NCBI GenBank assembly: GCA_964016885.1
Contig: OZ024742.1
Coordinates: forward strand, 57,102,001-57,166,000
Length of the DNA: 64,000 nt
From: Eledone cirrhosa
Taxonomy: Eukaryota
Reading direction: 5' to 3'
The notes beneath the pieces are model-generated. The model saw only the letters and a list, made by a program, of their open reading frames with translations. It did no database searches and was not told the origin of the DNA. A program made the position numbers and the translations under genes. Numbering within the stretch: position 1 is the stretch's first letter; each line of letters starts with the position of its first letter. Of this stretch, positions 51,297 to 64,000 are shown piece after piece.

Positions 51297-53081
51297 CTCT
51301 TTGAGTCTCAGTCATTGATGTTAGTTAACTGGAAAGTTTGTTGAAATGAATATCAAGCCACTACCTGCAGCCTCAGATATTCAGGACGCATCGGAGGGTT
51401 CTTGCTGTTCCAAGCAAGCATGCCTTTTGAAGCGTTCCAAAAAGCGTGAAGGGGCCAATTTTCTTTAACCATCCCTGGAAACTTTTGGAGATAGTCCCTA
51501 GTGCGCCTATGACAATCGGGATCACTTTGACTTCATGGCAGTTCCAAATCCTTTTTACCTCCCACTTCAAGTCCTGGTATCGGTTAATTTTCTCCCTCTC
51601 CTTCTATTGCACTCTCGTGTCGAATGGGCAGGCCACATCCACAATCAGGCACGATCTTTTTTCTTTGTCCAAAACCACCAGGTCAGGTCTATTGTGTTCC
51701 AGTTTCTTGTCCGTCTGTATCCTAAAATCCCACAGCACCTTCACCTGATCGTTTTCTATCACCGCCTCTGGCTTATGCTCATACCACTTCTCAGAATGTG
51801 GTAAATTGTTTACTTTTCATAGGTGCCAGTGGATCACCCTGCCCATCACATCATGTCTCCAGCCCTTATAGTGAGTCTGGGCTAGGTGTTTACACTCGGA
51901 TACAATGTGAGCCACAGTCTCCTCTCTCTCTCTCCACAGATCCTGCACAGTGGGCTAGCCTCCTCCTTGTAAATATGGTGTTTCAACCACTTCGTTTTGA
52001 GGGCCTGCTCCTGCGCAGCCATTAACATTCCTTCTGTAGCCTTTTTAAGGTCTCCTCTTTTCAACCAGTTCCATGTCTGTGGATCTCTAAATTCAGTTTT
52101 CTCAAAGAAGGGACTATGAAGGGATTTTTCCTGAAGGCTGCTCTTTCTCCTTGATGTTATTTCCTCCTTGGACATCCCCTGGCCTATTGTCCCCTCCTTC
52201 AGTACAGTTCTGAGCATTGGCTCCTTACTATCAGTCACGTATTTGTGTAGATTGTTTTTCTCCATCTGAACACAGTCCTCTATGCTGATAAGACCTCTTC
52301 CACCCTCAGATCTCCTTAAGTAGAGTCTATCGACATCACTCCTCTTGTGGGACATGTTGTAGATAGTCAATAGCTTCCTCGTCTTCCTATGCATTTCTTT
52401 CTGTTCAGCAACATTCCATCTCAGAATTCCCGCACTGTACCTAATAATAGACACAGCTTCCTACTGTTCAGATGTGACTTTAATACGCTCCTTACTCTCC
52501 GAATGTATTCAGTTCTTATCAATTTCTTAATTTTTTTGTTCTTGATGTCATCAGCCTCCAGAACGCCCAAATACTTGTATCCTTCTTCAGAGTCAATTTC
52601 CTTTATCATCTCACCCGTTGGTACCTGGATTCCGTTACTTCTGCTCAACTTACCCCTCTTCATCACAATGATTCCACACTTACTAATACCAAATTGCATA
52701 CATATATCATTGGTGAAAATACGGACAGTGTCAACAAGCACATCCAACTCCTTCTCACTCTTCCCGAAGAGCTTAAGATCGTCCATGAAGAGGAGGTGAT
52801 TGATTGTAAGCCCTCCCTTTCCCAACCTGTATCCTGCTCTCACTTTTCGCAGTACACTGGTCAGTGGAGCCAGGTCAAGGACAAACAACAGAGGGGACAG
52901 ACTATCTCCCTGGAAGATACCTCTCTTGATCTTCACGCTTCCCAAGGATTCTCCAGTTGATGTTAACTCTGTTTCCCAGGACTTCATACTTTTGCCCAAC
53001 AACTGTCTGATGTTATCTGCCACCCTGAAGATCTCCAGGCTTTTGGTGATCCAAGAATGAGGCACCATGTCAAATGCCTTT
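51297..53081 (-). mobile_element. 5'-truncated Dong family A copy
   Basis: Similar to 9081-10887. Truncated at KAFD and joined to (TTA)n at 53085-53104. Confidence 0.92.
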
Positions 53082-53104
53082 TAGTATTATTATTATTATT
53101 ATTA

Positions 53105-56100
53105 CAGTTGCATTTATCTTGCTTTATGTTCATACGAGTTATCACCAAGTCACAACCAGTGACCTCAAGAGACAACAAGGTCCGCCATGTTCAAGAAAGA
53201 ACATACATACTCACACATGCATCTTTAGTGTTTAGACTTGTGATGTACTTATATTGACAGAATCTTCCTTAGTATATGGGCAGTTCCCATTAGTACTATC
53301 TTTTGTATTTCTCCTATACGCTGGTTTCCTGGGATTTGCGATAAGTAATCATTAGACCCCTTAGGTATCATTCCCAGAGCGCCTACAACCACTAGTATTG
53401 TTTTAGTTCTCAATTTCCACATTTTTCCAATTTCTATCTCCAGGTCCTTATACTTGCTCAATTTTTCAAATGTTTTTATAGATACATTCTTGTCTATTGG
53501 AACAGACATATCAATTAGCAGGCATACACTCTTTTTAAAGTCCTTCAATATTATATCAGGTCTATTTGCATCTATTTTTCGGTCTGTTTGGATGCTAAAG
53601 TTCCAAAAGATTGAGATGTGATCTTTTTCAAGTATGGGAGGTGGTTGATGCTCCCACCAATTCTTTTGATGGGGCAGGTCAAAATGCTTACACATTATCC
53701 AATGTATGTATTGTGCAGCTCTGTCATGCCTGTTTAGGTATTCGGTTGGAGCTATAGGACTGCACATTGAAATGATATGGTCAATGGTCTCTGGTTGTTT
53801 TTTGCATACACGGCATAATGGGCTGCATCCATTTTTTATTATGTTGGCTTGGTAATTTTTTGTTGGCAGACACTGATCTTGTGCTGATATAATCAGTCCT
53901 TCAGTCTCCGATTTCAGTCCAGAGGATGCCAACCACTGATGGGTCAGGATTCTTAGCTCGCTCTGGGTATTTTCCATACAGAGGCTTTTCTTGCCATTTC
54001 TTAGCCAGTTTCTGTAGCAGTTCTTTCTTTGCAGTTACTTTTACCTGCTTTGCTTTTTCTGTGTTTTCCATTTCAACAGTAAATGGGACTTCTGAAATTT
54101 GTAGTCCATTACTGTATCTTTGTGCATCTTTTGTAATGGAATATGATCTTTTGATGCTTTCGTGTTTCAAAACGAGTTTGAGCGTCCAATCATGTGATTC
54201 CCTTAGATATGTAGATAATCCAATTGTTGCAGTTTTCAACGCAATGTCTAACTGGATTAACCCACGTCCTCGTTCTTTCCTAGGGAGATATATTCTATCT
54301 ATATCTGCCTTAGGGTGATACATTCTGTGCATGGTTAAGAGTTTTCGAATTTTTGTATCGAGCCTACGGATCTCTGTGCTTGACCAGTTGATGACATTGT
54401 AACTGTAGGTTACTACTGGTATGGCAAGCGTGTTTATGGCATAGATCCTATTCCTTACATTCAATTCCGTTCTTAAGATTGCTCTTACTCTGCGGTAACA
54501 TTCCTTCCTTATCCTTTCCCTCATTGTCGAGTGCTTTATTCCGTCTCCTTCACAAACACCTAGATATTTGTAAGTTTTTCTTGATCAAGTTCTCTTATCA
54601 CGTTCCCCCGATCAAGATTAATGTCTGAACTATTCAGCAGTTTTCCTCTGGTGAACGTTGCTTTGGCGCATTTATCTAGTCCAAACTCCATTTTAATGTC
54701 ATCACTGAACTGCTCCACAGTGGATAATATCCCTTGCAATTGTTCATCATTTTTTGCAAATAGTTTCACGTCATCCATGTAGAACAAGTGATTAATGGTG
54801 TTGTCATAGACTTTAAATCCATGTTTTGTTTCATTGAGCATTTTACTTAATGGTATAAGTGCGATGCAGAATAAAAGCGGTGATAAAGAGTCACCCTGAA
54901 AAATTCCACAATTAATATTAACTTCTCCAGCTTCCAGTGATTTTATTTCACTATTCAAAAGGAGTGTCGTTTTCCATGTCTTCATACTGAATGACAAAAA
55001 CCTCCTGACAACGGGGGATATTTTGAAAATCTCTAAACATTTTTCAATCCAACTGTGTGGCAAACTATCGAATGCTTTTTTATAATCTATCCAAGCAATC
55101 GATAGATTTTTGTGTCTATTATGACAATCTTCCAGTATCATTTTGTTAACCAGAAGCTGATCCTTACAGCCATATGAGCCTCGTTTACACCCTTTCTGCT
55201 CAATGGGAAATAGGTCATTTGTTATCAGGTGGTCATATGTGTATTCAGTTAGGACTGATGTTAAAATGTTATACATTGTGGTCAAGCAAGTTATCGGTCT
55301 GTAATTTTTGGGATTGTTTGTCTCATCATTCTTCGGAAGCAGGAATGTAATGCGGTTAACTAGCCATGATGGTATATTTTCTGGCTCCTTAACTATTTCA
55401 TTGTAAAGTTGGGCTAACAGCTCATGAGACTCTGTGAAGGCATTTATCCAAAAGTTTTGTATTTTGTCTTTTGCTGGGGATTTCCATTTGCTGGTTTTTC
55501 TTAGAGCCAAGCGCAACTGTTCAACTGTTATATTTTCCCATATTTGTTCCTCAAGGTGAGCTGTATCTTTCATTTGTCTGTCTATCCATGGGGCATGTAT
55601 GTTATGAACTTTTTCTTCGGCCCAGATCTTTTCCCAGAATTCTTGCACTTCGTCCTTGGGTGGTATTGATTTAGCAGTTATTGTTGACTTACCAATTTTT
55701 CTGTAGAAGTTTCTTTGGTTGTTTTTGAACATATTATTGTCCTTATAGAATCTAGATCGTTTTTCAAAGCGCCTTATACGAGCAGCTTTGGCCGACACTT
55801 TTTGCTTGATTATTTCTATCAGCATGTCTATGTCACATGTTGATTTTATACTGTACTTTTTTTTCAATTTTCTAAGTTTAGTTTGTTTAACATGTTCACC
55901 TACTTTATAGTTTGTTAAAATTTCTATGTCAGATCGGAGAAGGTTTATTTGGCGATTGATGTTCTCTTGCCAAGTAGATTTCTTGTGGGAATTCCTTTGT
56001 TTTTTCATCTTCACTCCACATAAGTGAGTGGTGACTTTAGCCGATGCATAATAGAGATGATTTAAATCAGTAATGTTTAGTTTGTTTATGATGATAATGT

Positions 56101-56757
56101 TTTTGAGAATTATGTTAGTCTTGTGTATTATCTTTTGGTTCTGTTTGGAGTTCTGGATCTTAGGGAGGGTGTATCGTTGCCCCATGTCAGATTCTTTCAT
56201 TTTCATCCATTCGATCATAATTTTATCCTTCAAGTTGGCAAGTTCATTCTCATTCATTTCCTTATCATTTACGATCTCATTATTTTCATTTGGAGTTTCA
56301 TCCTGAGCATGCACTCCCTCCACTTTTTCGATCCTTTCTTTAATTTGTTCTGTTGCCAGTGATTCCGCCCCAACCCTGGGATTCGAAGTGTTACAGTTTA
56401 CCTCGTTCTCACTGACACATGTTTCATTTTCCCTTCGCTGACTTTGTGCTAATAGCTTGATCTGATCAATTTCTATATCAGTTAGTAACTATTTTCTTAC
56501 AATATTTCTTCGTATATTGGCTAGTTTGTTGCTGTCAATATAGCCTCTGTTTTCGGGATGTTTCTTTTTCCAGTTGATATATGTCTGTTCTGTATTCGAT
56601 GTATTTGATGGGTAGTACATGGCAGTGTAGAAAGCCTCAAGGACTTCTTTATTATCTTCCCTTGACCATTTTTCTCTCTTTTTCTTTGGATTTCTTGGTA
56701 GTGAGCATGGAGGGCCAACAGTGGGAGTATTCCGGTTATGGGAGGTCTCCAGCCCCG
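53105..56757 (-). mobile_element. near full-length R4/Dong-like element, divergent family B, frameshifted
   Basis: ORF pieces 54560-56323 (RT, YMDD), 53901-54524 and 53249-53977 (CCHC, RHD, RPD RLE). The Myb-like N-terminus (KWSREDNKEV) lies near 56660. (TAA)n on both sides. Confidence 0.92.
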
Positions 56758-56811
<54 letters not shown>

Positions 56812-56820
56812 GTTGTTATT

Positions 56821-56970
56821 CCTTGAATCTCAGTCATTGATGTTGGTTAACTGGAAAGTCCGTTGGATTGAATATCAAGCCACTACCTGCAGCCTCAGAT
56901 ATTCAGGACGTATCGGAGGGTTCTTGCTGTTCCAAGCAAGCATGCCTTTTGAAGCGTTCCAAAAATCGTG
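56821..56970 (-). mobile_element. 150-bp 3' stub of Dong family A
   Basis: Near-identical to 9082-9231, between (TTA)n tracts. Confidence 0.92.
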
Positions 56971-57009
<39 letters not shown>

Positions 57010-57031
57010 ATTATTATTATTATTATTATTA

Positions 57032-57092
<61 letters not shown>

Positions 57093-57097
57093 TTATG

Positions 57098-57677
57098 AAT
57101 ACGTACATACATATATGTGTACAAACGTACAGTAGTATGTATATATACATACATGCACACATATATATATGTACGTATGGATTCACCAAACATTTATTAT
57201 AATGCTCGGTGTGTTTGTAAACAAACATCCCGTATAAAGCCGCAGTGTCTAGTAACCACCGTTGCTCCTTTGTTCAACACTGACAAGGGAACGCTGTACT
57301 AGTTTCAAACTTGTTAGCTATCGTCAGCAACGTATACCTTCCTGCCAGATTGTTGAACGTCCGAAAGCATATACTTTCCTTATGCATATTAACAGCTGAG
57401 TAGCCCAATTTGCATATCGAGTGGGTTAATATCGGCCGGGTGCACCGAAAACGATAAACGGAAAAAATGAAACGAAATTTCATTTCTCACTCTTAGTACG
57501 GCTGTTACTTAAATATAAGTATGTATACGTACATACATATATGCATGTATGTATATATATATATATATATACATACTACTGTACGTCTGTATACATATAT
57601 GTATGTACGTGTACATACTTATATTTAAGTAACAGCCATACTAAGAGTGGGAAATGAAATTTCGTTTCATTTTTTCC

Positions 57678-57680
<3 letters not shown>
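57098..57680 (-). mobile_element. second locus of the 429-nt retrozyme-like family; HHR at 57292-57332, inverted arm at about 57565-57680
   Basis: Minus strand reads cgttg-CTGACGA-tagctaacaagttt-GAAA-ctag-TA-cagcg. Confidence 0.85.
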
Positions 57681-57754
<74 letters not shown>

Positions 57755-57760
<6 letters not shown>

Positions 57761-60082
57761 CTTTCGAACAAGACCTAATGAATATAACCATGAATATTAA
57801 ATTTACCAAACATAGAAGTAATGAGCTGCAGAGCAACATGAAGGCACTACTCCGAAGACTGCAAAGTACCAATGGAATTGTTGTGAAAGCTGATAAAACC
57901 TCTAGCGTGTATACCATGGATATCGATACATACAACAGCTTCATACGCAAAGAACTACATAAGAAATATAGAAAAACAAGTGAAACTACGCTAACGAACA
58001 TTAACAACGAAGCATACAAGGTAGTGAAGAATCTCAAGATAAACGATAGAACCGAGCCGATTATACTCGCAACCCCCACATTTAACCTGAAGGACCATAG
58101 GGAAAATGTTGACTCTAACCCTAAGATTAGACTTATATACCCTTCTAAATCAGACAGGAAAAATTAGCAAACATACTTGACAGAGTAATAACTCAATTGA
58201 AAAAGAAAATAGAAATTAAATTATGGGGCAACACTAGCAAAGCAATTCGCTGGTTTAATAACGTTAAGAACAAGAATAAGACTAAGTTTATACAATTTGA
58301 CATAGACGAATACTACTCTTCAATCTCACCCAGCACTTTACGTAATGCCTTAACGGAGGACGAAATTAATATTATTCTAGAAGCTAGGAAAACTATTATC
58401 AAGTTTGATAACTGCTACTGGGAACATAAGGACAGACCCACAAATTTCGACATCACCATGGGCTCCAACGACTCAGTGGAGGTCACCGATCTTGTGGGAA
58501 TTTACATAGCCCACATACTACATGGAAATTTAGTAATCTACAAGGGGGAATATATAGAGATGACGCGCTTTTATTAGTTAATAACTTAAATAACCAAAAT
58601 CTTGAAAGGCTACGGAAAAACATTAGAAAATCTTTTAGTGAACTGGGTCTAAAAATAACGTACGAATACAATCTAAAGTGGTAAATTTTCTAGACGTAAC
58701 TCTTAATTTAAATACCGGACAGATACGACCCTTCCACAAGATAAATGAGAACCTTACTTATATCAATTTTAACTCAAACCACCCACTTTCCATGATCAAA
58801 TCGGTTCCCCGTAGTATTTCTCTTAGAATCTCTCGCCTATCGTCTAACTCTGAGATTTTCAGTGAACACGCTGAATACTATAATTACGCTTTAAGGAATA
58901 CAGACCACCGGGATAAAATAGAATACATTGATAAGAATCTCCATAATACACATAGCTCTACACGAAATCAAAGAATATGTAACCGGGGTACAGAAATAAA
59001 AGCACACACACGCAGTACTACCAGACATACTAATAATAGAAAATCATCACCAAATAAATCACGTTGTAGAAAGTATATCTGGTATAATCCCATTTTTAAT
59101 GCTTCGATTAGTACAAAACTATCTCTTTCATTCTTTAAGTTAATCAACAACCATTTCCCTAGTTCCCATAAATACAGTAAGATTCTAAACTCTAAGACTA
59201 TTAAGCTGCACCAAACCTTGAAGCATACATAAAAAAACTTAACTTAAAGCAATTAAACAACACTACAAAAAATATTTTAATAACAAATGAGCATAACGTA
59301 ATATCGGCCTCCCAACCACTAAATGGGAGACGGGTATTACACAACCCACCTGAACTGTTATCCCAACCTATCCATGGTATGCCTGCTACCCACAATAAAA
59401 ACTGTAACTGCCACCTACCTGAAAGATGTCCATTGAAGAATAAATGCCTAGAGTCCAACATTGTTTATCAATGCACTGTCGAATCGAACGACCAGAAATG
59501 GTATTACATCGGGTCTACCACTACCTCCTTTAAATCTCGCTGGTATCGTCATCGATTCTCAATTAAACATCCTAATCACCGTTTTGTGACCACGCTCGCC
59601 AATAAGACCTGGCAACTCCGTGAACGCAACCAACAGTTCACCCTGAAATGGGATATACTTTCCAGCGTTAGTGCATATCGGAGTGGATTGAAGTACTGCA
59701 GGTTATGTAACCTTGAACTCTTTTACATCTTAAAATCCAAAAATAAATTACTAAATGACAGAATCGAACGATCATTATACTGCAAACACAAACTGAAGGC
59801 TAAATTCTCTCACTATAAAATAACTTAACATTCGAACCCGTAACTATAACATTACTTTCTCGCTAAATACTTTCTCTCAATAACAGCTTATTAACTATAT
59901 CCCCCACCCCCACACTACAAGACAATACCCTGCTTATCACTATAAATGGATACTTAAGTGCACTTTGTAGCCTATAACTATGAACTCGATGTACACCCAT
60001 CCCATAGCTTTAGTCTGTCCCCTCTCTATCTCTATTTCTTCCTCTCTCTCCATTCCTCTCTCTTTCTCTCTCTCTCTCTATC

Positions 60083-60130
<48 letters not shown>

Positions 60131-60600
60131 GATTGCCCTCGGTCCACCTCCCTCTCTCTCCACATCTATGAACCTGCCCTCTGTGGCAATAAATAATTCC
60201 AACCTTAATTATCAACGCATCGCTTAAGGTTGTCGCTTTGAGAGTAACCAGTATAATAAAACCCTACCACAACATTTTGATTAAGATGTTTGTATTCTAC
60301 AAACCACTCTCTTCTATTTCTCCAACCCCTGCATATCTCTCTCTCTCCCTCTCCCCTTCTTTCTCTCTTCCTTTTCTACTCTATCTTCTCCAATAACTTC
60401 CCTTAAGGGTATTTACATTTTACATGTTAACCATTCTGCTCTGAGGAGACAGTGGTAACACCATTTAATAATTGAGTTTTGCAAATAGTTATAAATTTGC
60501 ATATAGCATAACTAGGCTGTATAACCACCGTGGAAACATTTGTAAGCACACGGAATAAATTACCTTTTTATGATGTCTACCTGTTATTATTCATTCTTTA
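57755..60600 (+). mobile_element. near full-length degenerate Naiad-type Penelope-like element (second family)
   Basis: Motifs FEQDL...IKF, ADKT, LKDH, WGNT...WF, QFDIDEYYSSI, FDITMGSNDSVEVTDLVG, NFLDVTLNL, IWYNP, CNCx5CPL and IVYQC...YIGST. Several frameshifts. Confidence 0.92.
60437..60548 (+). ncRNA. type I HHR with an approximately 85-nt branched stem II, in a Naiad pLTR
   Basis: tgct-CTGAGGA-gacagtggt...accaccgtg-GAAA-catttg-TA-agca, with inner hairpins TGCAAAT/ATTTGCA and TATAGC/GCTGTA. Confidence 0.75.
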
Positions 60601-60808
60601 TATATATATATATAGGAACGAGTAGGACCCCGACGGCTGAGCTCAAGCCGTTTCGACGGCTAATTCTGGACTAAAAAAATTTTTTTTTTTTTTTTAGTCC
60701 AGGTTAGCCGTCGGGGTCCTACTCGTTCCTATTACCCACTCTACTACCCTAAGTATTGAGTACTTTGGTGCGTTATGGTCCATCTGGTTCCTTACCACAT
60801 TTCCTTCG

Positions 60809-60919
<111 letters not shown>

Positions 60920-61258
60920 CAGTGCTATCTACCTGTTTATGTTAGAACCAATAACGCTGTTATAACTCCATGTAGTACGGAAATAAAAATTCCAACTTGA
61001 TCAGGTGATGAATGTTTGATTTTGTTGTTGGTTATCATCATATTGCTGGTTATCAGAGTATAGATCCATCTCACTGTCTCTATAATAATATAGATTTTAT
61101 ACTATCGAATCTAATAATATGGAGTTACATAACTACCGATTAGTCACCTCTATTTATTATGATCAATCAACCTGAAACGATCGTAAAACAATGAAATAAT
61201 TAACACTTAACTCTGCCTTTTGTTTTCATTGTTCAACATACATATATGCATGTGTGTG

Positions 61259-61281
61259 TAGTAGTAGTAGTAGTAGTAGTT

Positions 61282-61343
<62 letters not shown>

Positions 61344-61352
61344 TGTTGTTGG

Positions 61353-61446
<94 letters not shown>

Positions 61447-61460
61447 CTAGTAGTAGTAGT
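61259..61460. repeat. compound (GTA)n/(GTT)n microsatellite
   Basis: Direct inspection. Confidence 0.95.
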
Positions 61461-62974
61461 TTATATTTTCAATCCATTAAAGGAAACAATAGTTAAAGTA
61501 ATCGAAATGGGCTTGTTGTACTGTCAGGTAAAATCAATTAAAACCAGAAAGCTATTTAGAGAGTGGAATCTGTCTAGTTGGCAATCTTTAAGTATAAAAA
61601 TGTGTAGCAATATGATGTGTGGTGTTTAGATAAATAATTAATGGAAAATAGATTGTTAGTAACTAAATAGACAAAAATGTCGAAATAGGTTGTGTTTGGT
61701 TTGGGATATATAAAATAGTACAGTAAGAATCTGCTAGGAATGTTACGCAAAATATTGTCTGGTGAGAAAGCGAAGAGTTTTAGAGTTTCAGTACTTTTAA
61801 TGTAGGTATCGATTGAGAATTTACCTAGTTCAGACATTCATTGAAAGTAACCGGGAGTGAATGGTAATGATGAAAATGAAATAAAAACAAAGTGAAGAAA
61901 ATCGATATATTTTGTATTTTTACTGGTAATTGCCTTCATTCGATATTCTAACCTTTATTGAAATCGATTTCAGGATTCTCTTACATTTGTGTTATATAAC
62001 AGGAAATAAGTTTCTGTGTATATGGGGCGAGCCTTTTAAGCAGGATTTAAGCGTGTCGAGAATGTAAACCAGCTTAGAGTATCGATTAATAAAAGTTTAT
62101 ATCAAGAACTCACAATACCCCATTTAAACTTCCTCTAAAATTGCCTATTTAAAAATTTTGAACGGTTCGGATCTTAAATGATAAAGTGGCATTTCACTTT
62201 CTTTAGTAATATTCACGGGAAACATAGCTGTCCTCGCTTCTTATATCACAATTCTTCTAAAGAGACTTGTATATCTGTGTAAACGCCGTAGAGAAAAAAG
62301 TTAACCAGTTAAGAACAAGAGGTGGTTTCGTTTTTTATTTCACTGACACCGTAAATATCTTATCTCCCTCTACAAAAATATTGGACCTACTCCCAAATTA
62401 AAAAGAAATTATTTCTCGTACATAAACGAAGAAGTTCTCTATATTTTTTTTATGTACATCACTTCTCAAGTGCCGAATTCTAAAGGTGTAGACTTTGTCT
62501 GCATTATCGATATATAAACCACTTCTAATCATGCCTTGTGGATATTTCAATTGTGTTTAACCACTAACCTACATCATTCAGCCTGATTGGTTATCAAGAA
62601 CATAAAATATTGGTTCATATCGACGAAGTAAGAGATACGTTTTAGATAATATAAGACATTATGAGATTTTCCTTGCAGTTCACTGGATATATTGTTTGGT
62701 TTGTTTTACTTTAAATCGAAACTCTAACTTTCGGACAAAGGTTCATGCTACTCGTCTCATAATTAATACTCTGTTTGCTGAAGAGCAGCAAACATCATAA
62801 TTATCTATATGAGTATTCTCATATAATCACTATAGTGTATATAACATTTACTATTTTATTGGTTTCGGGCATCGTGGTGATTCGTAAAATGTTTATTGGT
62901 GTGTAAGTATATGTATATCAACGTGACATCATGTATAACTTCATAAATTAATATGTATGTGTGTGTGTGTGTAT

Positions 62975-63420
62975 GTATATATATATATATACACCATATA
63001 TATATATATATATATATATATACACCATATATATATACCATATATATATATATATATATACCATATATATATATATATACCATATATATACCATATATAC
63101 ATATATATACCATATATATATATATACCATATATATATATATATATATATACCATATATATATATACCATATATATATATACCATATATATATATACCAT
63201 ATATATATATATACCATATATATATATACACCATATATACATATACCATATATATATATATACCATATATATATATGCCATATATATATATACCATATAT
63301 ATATACCATATATATATATATACACACCATATATACATATACCATATATATATATATACCATATATATATATTTATATATACATATATATATATACATAT
63401 ATTTATTTATATATACATAG
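62975..63420. repeat. (TA)n tract periodically interrupted by CC (TACCATATATA-like higher-order repeat)
   Basis: Direct inspection. Confidence 0.9.
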
Positions 63421-63828
63421 AAACACACATACATATTAATTTATGAAATTTCACACGATGTGTGTGTGTGTGTGTGTGCATATGTTTGTTTGTATGTCTG
63501 CTATGTATTGTTTATATAACATAACATCAATTATTGATATTTCATATCCTACAAACTTTAAATAGCTGTTTCGTTTTCATATAAGCCACCAAAATAGAAC
63601 ACTGCAATTCCCGTTTCCGAAATTACTGGAAAAAATTGCAAGAAAGTGAGAAAACGTGAATAGAAAAATCTTAATGATAAAATCTGAGCTGCAATGTTTC
63701 TATAATTTGATTTAATTTCATTTATGGGCAACTATCATTCTTTGTTTACTTCCTAAAACAGACTTTGCTGAGATTTAAACTAGAACGAGTAACATTAATT
63801 TGTGCAATGTTTATATGCATGGACATAC

Positions 63829-63884
<56 letters not shown>

Positions 63885-64000
63885 AGTATGTATTGGTTGT
63901 ATACCAACACCTCAGTATGCAGATTGGAGCACTCGACGAAGTGCGCAGGTTGGTTTGGTTACTCCGGATTAATGTAAAATAAAATAAAATAAATAAGTCA

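Overview
Repeat-saturated, AT-rich eukaryotic (animal) intergenic or intronic DNA. The SINE types and microsatellite load most resemble an octopod cephalopod (inference). No host gene could be supported, and most ORF-track entries are microsatellite or antisense artefacts. There are two retroelement communities, partitioned by microsatellite target. (1) Two long arrays built in (TTA)n/(TAA)n tracts (8.6-22.3 kb and 46.5-57.0 kb): minus-strand R4/Dong-like RLE non-LTR retrotransposons from three families, one with an intact 1130-aa ORF, alternate with plus-strand Tx1/L1-like elements. (2) Many Penelope-like elements (Naiad-type and Nematis-like) and non-coding PLE-style inverted/tandem repeats sit in (TA)n tracts. 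These carry about 21 hand-folded type I hammerhead ribozyme (HHR) motifs from roughly a dozen unrelated families. They include a 429-nt tandem retrozyme-like unit, HHRs with large branched stem II insertions, U3-A8 core variants and a family with a conserved CAGAAGA core. Also present: tRNA-derived SINEs, a tRNA-like 279-nt tandem/inverted repeat, mariner remnants and a 30-bp minisatellite with a pentapeptide-like coding signature. All RNA folds were done by eye and are untested.
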